Below are positions 57,905-64,000 of a stretch of DNA of 64,000 nucleotides, one piece after another (position 1 is the stretch's first letter; each line of letters starts with the position of its first letter). A program made the translations under genes and the position numbers. The notes beneath the pieces are model-generated. The model had not been told where the DNA came from, did no database searches, and saw only the letters and a list, made by a program, of their open reading frames with translations. Source of the stretch: Macrostomum lignano (Eukaryota); contig NIVC01001708.1 in assembly GCA_002269645.1 (NCBI GenBank), forward strand, positions 62,001-126,000. Direction: 5' to 3'.

Positions 57905-60900
57905 GCTTGCATCTTTGCGAGCAAAACGCTCAGTGCGTGGCTCAGATCGGACCTGTCCAACAGGGACATCTGCGTCATCCAATCCGAGGACCTTCTTCCT
58001 GGGAAGACCACCCTCATTGCCTCGGTTTACCTACCAGGCGATGCTGCGGTCGTCCCCAGAGCCCTCGCTACGCTGGTAGAGCTCTGCTCTGCCAAAAACT
58101 ACGAGCTCATGGTTGCCGGCGACATCAACGCCCACCACACTCACTGGGGCAGCACTGGCATTAATCAGAGAGGCGAAGACCTCCTAGCCTACGTTGCCTC
58201 TACGACCCTCGAGTTCTGCAACTCTGGGTCCACCCCTACCTTTGACAACGGACGGTGGTCGGAGGTGATCGACGCTACGCTCGCAACGCCCAGACTCTAC
58301 CAGAGTATTGGAGCGTGGCGGGTGCTTCCAGTGTCCTCACTCTCGGATCACAAGTTCATCTCCTTCAACCTAATGGCCGCGCGTAGCGCAACTCGTGTTA
58401 CGTGGAGACGGAACGCCAGAAATACGGATTGGGAAACCTTCGGGCTCGCCCTGAAGGAATTCCATCGGTCTCCTGGCCAACCATCCACGATCACGTCGTG
58501 CCGAGAGGCGGATGAGTGCGCGACTGTTTTGACAGAGACGCTAACCGCCGCCTTTGAGGCGTCCTGCCCTTTAAAAGCCTATAAAGGGAAAAAATCGGCG
58601 CCGTGGTGGAATCCCGAGCTCGGCAACCTCCGTCGCAGGGCTAAGAGACTCCACCGCAGAGCAACTAAAACTAAGAGCCCTGCAGACCAAACCGCCTATC
58701 ATGAAGCAATTCATGAGTTTAAAAGGAAGGTTAGGAATGCAAAGGCTCAAAAATGGCGACAATACTGTGAGGAGCTAGAGGGCTCACGCCCCACCTCCAG
58801 AGTTGTGAAAGCGCTCACGCTGGACAAAATGTCTAAGCTCTCCTCGGTCAAACGCACCGACGGTACGTCCATGGACAACCCAGGGGAAACGCTTGATGTA
58901 ATGCTCACTGCGTTTTTCCCCAACGAGCCAGCTAACCAGACCACTCCGGATCACTCGGAGGGAGGTCACGCGCTGGCTGCCTCTATCATCACGGAGGACC
59001 GCATTGTGAGAGCGGCAAATTCCTTCAAGCCTTTCAAAGCCCCAGGACCCGACGGCATTGTACCGGCCCTTCTAAGAGAGGCGGTTAAATGCCCAGGCTT
59101 CCTGCGCAAACTTTGCAGCCTTCTTCGGGCATGCATCACGCTTGGTTATGTCCCACAGGCTTGGACCGAGGCAAAGGTGATCTTTATCCCTAAGCCAGGC
59201 CGCTCGGACTACCATTCTATCAAATCCTTCAGACCGATCAGCTTGACCTCCTCCCTGGTCAAGCTGATGGAGAGACTGGTGCTTTGGCGCCTTCTCTCTG
59301 TTGAGCTGAAGAACAAACCTCTCAGCGAGAACCAGCACGCTTTTCGGGCGGGTCGCTCCACTGAAAGCGCGCTGCACGTCCTGGTCGATAAACTCGAGAA
59401 GGCCGTGCTTGGTAATGGCTTTGCTCTGGGGATCTTCCTGGATATCATTGGCGCCTTCGATAACGTCCTCTTTGAGGCGTTCCGAAGAGCTCTTTGTGAG
59501 AGGCAAACGCACTCACATCTCACCAGATGGATCATGTACATGATCAGCCATCGCACGGCCACCGCCAGTCTGCTGGGCTACCAGAGGACGGTCCCCGTCT
59601 GCAAAGGTAGCCCGCAAGGTGGGGTGCTGTCTCCAGTTCTCTGGAATATGGTCATCGATGAGCTCCTCCGGGATGTTCGGCCAGACCCCATTCTGAAAGT
59701 TGGATATGCGGACGATGTCACCGCGGTGGCATCTGGTCCGTCCCCTGATACCCTCAGGGACCTTCTTCAGAACTTCATCTACGCTGCTGAGCAATGGGCG
59801 GACCGCTGTGGTTTAAGGCTCTCTGAGACTAAGACCGCAGCGATCATGTTCACCAGCAGGACCAAGTGGCAGATTCGGCCGCTCACGCTTTACGGAAGGG
59901 AAATCCCCTTCTGCAAGCAGACTAAATGTCTGGGTATTACCCTGGACCACAGGCTGAACTGGTCACCCCACGTTCAAACAAAAGCCAAAAAGGCCTTCGC
60001 AGTCCTCGCGCAATTGCGCAGGGCTGTCGGCACCACCTGGGGGCTCACCCCCAAGCGCCTCTGGTGGATCTACACTGCAATGGTTAGGCCCGCTATCTCG
60101 TATGGCGGCCTGATCTGGGCTAGCGCCCTGCAGATAAAGACCTGTCTAGAGGCTCTCAGGAGAGCGCAAGGGCGCGCTTGTCGCACGATCATGAGCGCCC
60201 CTCCGTCTGCTCCCTACGATGGCCTCAACGCCTTCCTCAACATTCCTCCGCTGGACATCTTTGTCCGCAGGGAAGCGGCTAAGACTGCCCGCCGTCTAGC
60301 TGACGCTGGCATTCGAATCCAGCCCCATAGGGCCATGGCTAAGCGCAAGCTTCTGCCCCACGCTGACCTCTGCCTCAAGGACTTGAGAGACAGCGGCGGG
60401 CTCCACGTCCTATCTGACGGCGAACCCCGCACTCTCAACCTCTTTCAGCGCTACAAGGTCACCATCCCCTCTAGGGATGCTGCCAATGACCACTGGAATT
60501 TCCAGGAGGTCCATTGCTACACGGACGGATCCATCAAAGACGGTCGCGCCGGCTTTGGGGTCTGCATCATCATCAACGGCCGCGTAATTGCCACGCATGC
60601 CCAGCACACTGGTAGACTCTCCACAGTCTTCCAGAACGAAGTCCTTGCCATCAGCTCTTGCGCTGCAGAGCTGAACGCCAAGGTTACGAGAGGAAAGACT
60701 ATTGTCATCCACTCTGACAGCCAAGCGGCCTTACAGGCCCTTTGCCACACCACAACGAACTCCCGGACAGTCGCCGACTGCGCCCGGCAGCTCAACCTCC
60801 TGGCCAGAAGCAATACTGTCAGGCTGAAGTGGATCCCAGGGCACGCAGGGTTTCCGGGGAACGAGCTGGCAGACACCCTCGCCAAGAGGGGCGGCTCTGG

Positions 60901-61399
60901 CTCTTTCTTCGGCCCTGCCCCCCTGGTCCCTATGCCCTTGACAGTCATCAATCGTCAGATCGACGACTGGGCTGACTCCCTCCACAGGGACAGATGGGCG
61001 GGCACCCAAAACTGCCGGCAATCTCGTGCCGCGGTTCCTTGCCCGTCTCACAGGCTCAGAAACATCCTTCTGAACCAGAATCGGAAGGATATTCGAGCCC
61101 TTGTCATGACCCTTACCGGCCATGGCTACCTCGCCAGGCACTGCTTCCTCCGAGGCGACCTCGAGAGCGAAATTTGCCCCTTTTGCGAGTGCGACAAAGA
61201 AGATGCTCAGCACTTTGTCTGTCACTGCCCTTTCTTTAACAGAGACCGGCTACGCTACCTCGGGCCGAACCCGTCCATTGACGAGGTCTGCCAGCCCGAC
61301 AGCATCCCACGGCTCATCCAGTTCCTTCGGGCGACTAGACGAGCCAGTTTCTTCCCAACGGAAGATCACGCTGCAGGACGGACCGGCGGACCACCCTGA
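57875..61399 (+). CDS. LINE ORF2: partial APE, reverse transcriptase, RNase H, zinc knuckle
   Basis: GDINAHH/SDH, KAPGPDG, QGGVLSP, YADD, WGLTPKRLWWIYTAMVRP, YTDGS...WIPGH...GNELAD, CPFC..H..C; 1174 aa, uninterrupted. Confidence 0.95.
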   Translation: MMMSSWIHLTACIFASKTLSAWLRSDLSNRDICVIQSEDLLPGKTTLIASVYLPGDAAVVPRALATLVELCSAKNYELMVAGDINAHHTHWGSTGINQRGEDLLAYVASTTLEFCNSGSTPTFDNGRWSEVIDATLATPRLYQSIGAWRVLPVSSLSDHKFISFNLMAARSATRVTWRRNARNTDWETFGLALKEFHRSPGQPSTITSCREADECATVLTETLTAAFEASCPLKAYKGKKSAPWWNPELGNLRRRAKRLHRRATKTKSPADQTAYHEAIHEFKRKVRNAKAQKWRQYCEELEGSRPTSRVVKALTLDKMSKLSSVKRTDGTSMDNPGETLDVMLTAFFPNEPANQTTPDHSEGGHALAASIITEDRIVRAANSFKPFKAPGPDGIVPALLREAVKCPGFLRKLCSLLRACITLGYVPQAWTEAKVIFIPKPGRSDYHSIKSFRPISLTSSLVKLMERLVLWRLLSVELKNKPLSENQHAFRAGRSTESALHVLVDKLEKAVLGNGFALGIFLDIIGAFDNVLFEAFRRALCERQTHSHLTRWIMYMISHRTATASLLGYQRTVPVCKGSPQGGVLSPVLWNMVIDELLRDVRPDPILKVGYADDVTAVASGPSPDTLRDLLQNFIYAAEQWADRCGLRLSETKTAAIMFTSRTKWQIRPLTLYGREIPFCKQTKCLGITLDHRLNWSPHVQTKAKKAFAVLAQLRRAVGTTWGLTPKRLWWIYTAMVRPAISYGGLIWASALQIKTCLEALRRAQGRACRTIMSAPPSAPYDGLNAFLNIPPLDIFVRREAAKTARRLADAGIRIQPHRAMAKRKLLPHADLCLKDLRDSGGLHVLSDGEPRTLNLFQRYKVTIPSRDAANDHWNFQEVHCYTDGSIKDGRAGFGVCIIINGRVIATHAQHTGRLSTVFQNEVLAISSCAAELNAKVTRGKTIVIHSDSQAALQALCHTTTNSRTVADCARQLNLLARSNTVRLKWIPGHAGFPGNELADTLAKRGGSGSFFGPAPLVPMPLTVINRQIDDWADSLHRDRWAGTQNCRQSRAAVPCPSHRLRNILLNQNRKDIRALVMTLTGHGYLARHCFLRGDLESEICPFCECDKEDAQHFVCHCPFFNRDRLRYLGPNPSIDEVCQPDSIPRLIQFLRATRRASFFPTEDHAAGRTGGPP

Positions 61400-61511
61400 C
61401 CGGCCCCACGCCTCTGCCTGTCTGCGGGCCTTCAGGGGCTAGCGGAATGGGCGACCCTCGCCTCCCCGCTGTGTCTACGGACCACCCTGCAGCTAAGTCA
61501 AGTAAGTCAAG
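57905..61511 (+). mobile_element. 5'-truncated LOA/Lian-like LINE inserted in the Gypsy RT
   Basis: Partial APE, RT, RNase H and CCHC; 3' tail (TAAGTCAAG)2; flanked by 268-bp direct repeats. Confidence 0.93.
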
Positions 61512-61779
61512 TTGGCCAGGCCGAGGAACGACCGGACTTCCTTGGCAGACTGTGGATCCTTGAATGCTTGCAGCTCCGCGATTTTCTCTTCTGATGGCTG
61601 GATGCCGAACTTGGAGAGCGTCATAGCCATGAACTTGGCCTTGCCGATGCCCCAGTGGCACTTGCTGGTATTCAGGGTGATGCCATTGTCACGCAGTCTG
61701 GTCAGGCAGGCTGCCACGTGTTCTTGGTGAACTTCAGGGCCCTGACTGGATGATGATGTCGTCGTGGATCCACTTAACA
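61512..61779. repeat. 268-bp target-site duplication, right copy
   Basis: Begins right after the LINE tail and ends at the same ccacttaaca as the left copy. Confidence 0.95.
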
Positions 61780-63125
61780 CCAGTGAGGCCTTCCAGCACT
61801 TGCTGCATGACACGCTGCAGGATCTGCAAGGCGGAGGCGAATCCCATGCTCAGGCGTGTCAGCTGACGCATCCCTCGGGGCATTGAGAAGACCAAGTACT
61901 TGCGGCTGTCCTCACTGATCTCAATTTGATGAAACGCCTTGAAGATATCGAGCTTGGTGAAGATTGTCGACCCCGTCATGTCACTGGTAGCTTCTTCAAA
62001 AGTCGGGATTTGGTGTCGCTGCCTCAGGGACGCCTTGTTAACGTCTCGCAGATCCTGGATGATCCTCAAGGTCTTCCCGTCCTCTTTCGGTACCACGACG
62101 ATGCGACTGACCCATGGCGTGGGGCATTCTACTGGCTGGATGATCTGCATGCGCTCTTGCTCGTCCAGCTCGCGGTCCAGCGCCTCCCTGAGATGTACTG
62201 GTATATTCGAGAGGGCGGATGACAGACGGGCCTAGCGTCGGGCTTGATACGAGCTCGTACCAATCTGAACTAAAACGCCCTTGACCTTGCCGAGGCCTTT
62301 GAAGAGCTCCGGAAATCGCTTGGCCAGCGCCAGGGTCTCTGCGTTCTCCGTCTCGGCTGCTGCGATCGCGCGAACCTGAGGCCCCAATCTCAGAAGGCGG
62401 AGTGAGGTCGATGTCTCTCGTCCCAGGATGTTGACGCCGTCGCCGGGGACGACCATGAAGCGAACCTCCTGGCTGTCCTGGCCGGTTGTCACCTGCAGGC
62501 TGCAGGCTCCCAGGATGCTGAGCGGTTCTGAAGAGCGGAAGGCGAATACCTTTGTGCGAGTTGTCTGCAGCGGCGGGGGTCGCGGAAGTTTCCACCAGGC
62601 TCTCTCTGTCAAGATATTGCAATCAGCCCCGCTGTCGACCAGGACTTCCAGCTGCGTTGAGTCGACGAGCACTGTTGTGCGGGCGCCGGCTGTAGCCGTC
62701 ATGGTGGCCGCCACGGTCAGACAGAAGATGCTGTCCTCCGGCTCTGAGTTGTTGCTGTCGGCCTGCAGGGCACGGACGGCTTCCAACGGCCGGGAGAGAC
62801 AGGCCCTCGCCAGGTGAGTTCGCTTGCCGCAGCGCTCGCACGTCTTACCTCTGGCTGCGTTGCATTTGCGATGGCCCGGGACTCCGCATCTGATGCACGT
62901 GGCTTGCTTACCTGGCTGGTCCCTTGACTAGGCGCTCTGCCGATGAGGCCGCTGCACCAGTGTCTCGAAGCCAAAGTCGCTGTACCGCCGCCTCGTTAGA
63001 TTCCATGTGGCTTGCCTGAGTCTCTGCTGTCTCCATGGCTCTGGCCACCCGAAGCGCCTGCTCCAGGTCGACATTTTCGATCGCTAGCAGCTTGCGGCGA
63101 AGCTGCTCTGAACTGCAGCCGGTGA

Positions 63126-63560
63126 TTTTGGTGGTGGTATCTTCTGATTCCATTTGACACGTTGTTCAGTTCAGTGAATAATGTAGCGTTCCAGTGCGAA
63201 CTTAACCATTTGTCCGAAACGTCCGGCTCCGATGTTCGCTCTTTGGGCATTCCATGTCTCAATTTTTACTTTCTCCTCTTGCCATTTCCTTCTTGCTGTT
63301 ATAAGTCTCGTTTTTGTTCTTGCTTTTCGTTTTTCATTGCCTTTCCTCTTCCTTCTTTCTGATCTGGCTTTCTTCTGGGTTTCGCTCCTTGGTCCGGGGT
63401 TCTTTTCTTCAGGCAGCTTCAGGTTGATGGCGTTTTTATTGCTCTTTTTCTCTCTTTTTTGGTTTTTTTATGGCTCTTCTTTCCTCTTTTAATCCTCACT
63501 GACATCTTTCACCATATTTTGTTTTTAGAGGTGCACAAGTTGGTTACTTCCTGTCTTGGA
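63126..63560 (-). mobile_element. 5' part of the old RTE-like LINE (APE N-terminus)
   Basis: Minus translation KVKIETWNAQRANIG resembles the APE TWN motif; same strand as 52111-56347. Confidence 0.6.
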
Positions 63561-63608
63561 TCTTGTCACTTAAGCCAAGTCCCCAGGCCTCTCTACCCCC
63601 CTATCTCT

Positions 63609-63630
63609 ATCATCATCATCATCATCATTT

Positions 63631-63661
<31 letters not shown>

Positions 63662-63682
63662 CATCACCATCACCATCATCAC

Positions 63683-63714
<32 letters not shown>

Positions 63715-63765
63715 CCATCACCATCATCACCATCATCATCATCATCATCATCATCATCATAATCA
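63609..63765. repeat. (CAT)n microsatellite
   Basis: Visible tandem repeat. Confidence 0.97.
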
Positions 63766-64000
63766 TCGTACCATTGATCATCAAGGACACTCACTAATAT
63801 AGAAAACACCTGTAAATTTTATGTTAATTGAAAACCGCATTGGATTTGATTACTGGGCACAGAAGCTATTATTATAGCTCTCGAGAATCTGCACAAATTG
63901 CTTTAACCAAGAGACAGTATGTGTTCCTGGCGTAATCCTGTCCCGATGTTGCTAATGATCTTCATCTGTCTGTGTGCAGTTTATTTTTGCCGTCAGTAAG

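Larger units (their letters stand above)
56348..63125 (-). mobile_element. Degenerate Gypsy/Ty3 LTR retrotransposon (gag-CCHC, protease, RT, integrase; RNase H and 5' LTR deleted)
   Basis: LRRKLL/CERCGKRTHLARAC, VLVDSGAD, LDIFKAFHQ/WIHDD, TDNGTYF...ANGEVERFN; RT is joined directly to integrase near 57518. Confidence 0.9.

Overview
Eukaryotic, repeat-rich animal genomic DNA. GC-rich exons, minisatellite-filled introns and spliced-leader (SL)-like signals suggest a flatworm such as Macrostomum; this is inference, not proof. 1-18030: two tandem, diverged copies of a block carrying an unknown small minus-strand gene and an MKK3/6-like MAP2K. Copy 2 of the kinase is intact. Copy 1 has an internal deletion removing HRD/DFG. 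A solo LTR rich in AP-1/CArG/ETS motifs is present only in copy 2. Next come RPL39, a 3-exon SLC12A8-like transporter and an MRPL14 exon; SLC12A8 and MRPL14 each carry a single 1-nt frameshift. 33-47 kb holds SINEs, a MITE, a Crypton-like tyrosine-recombinase relic, many minisatellites and an intronless atypical rhodopsin-class GPCR. 47-64 kb is a nested retroelement stack: an old RTE-like LINE interrupted by a mariner and a Gypsy, an LOA/Lian-like LINE inside the Gypsy, and a younger RTE-like LINE next to the old one's tail. The most striking signal is that two unrelated non-LTR retrotransposons are each flanked by very long direct repeats with target-site-duplication geometry: 268 bp for one, about 0.7-1.05 kb for the other. 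All sequence comparisons were made by eye; no database searches were run.
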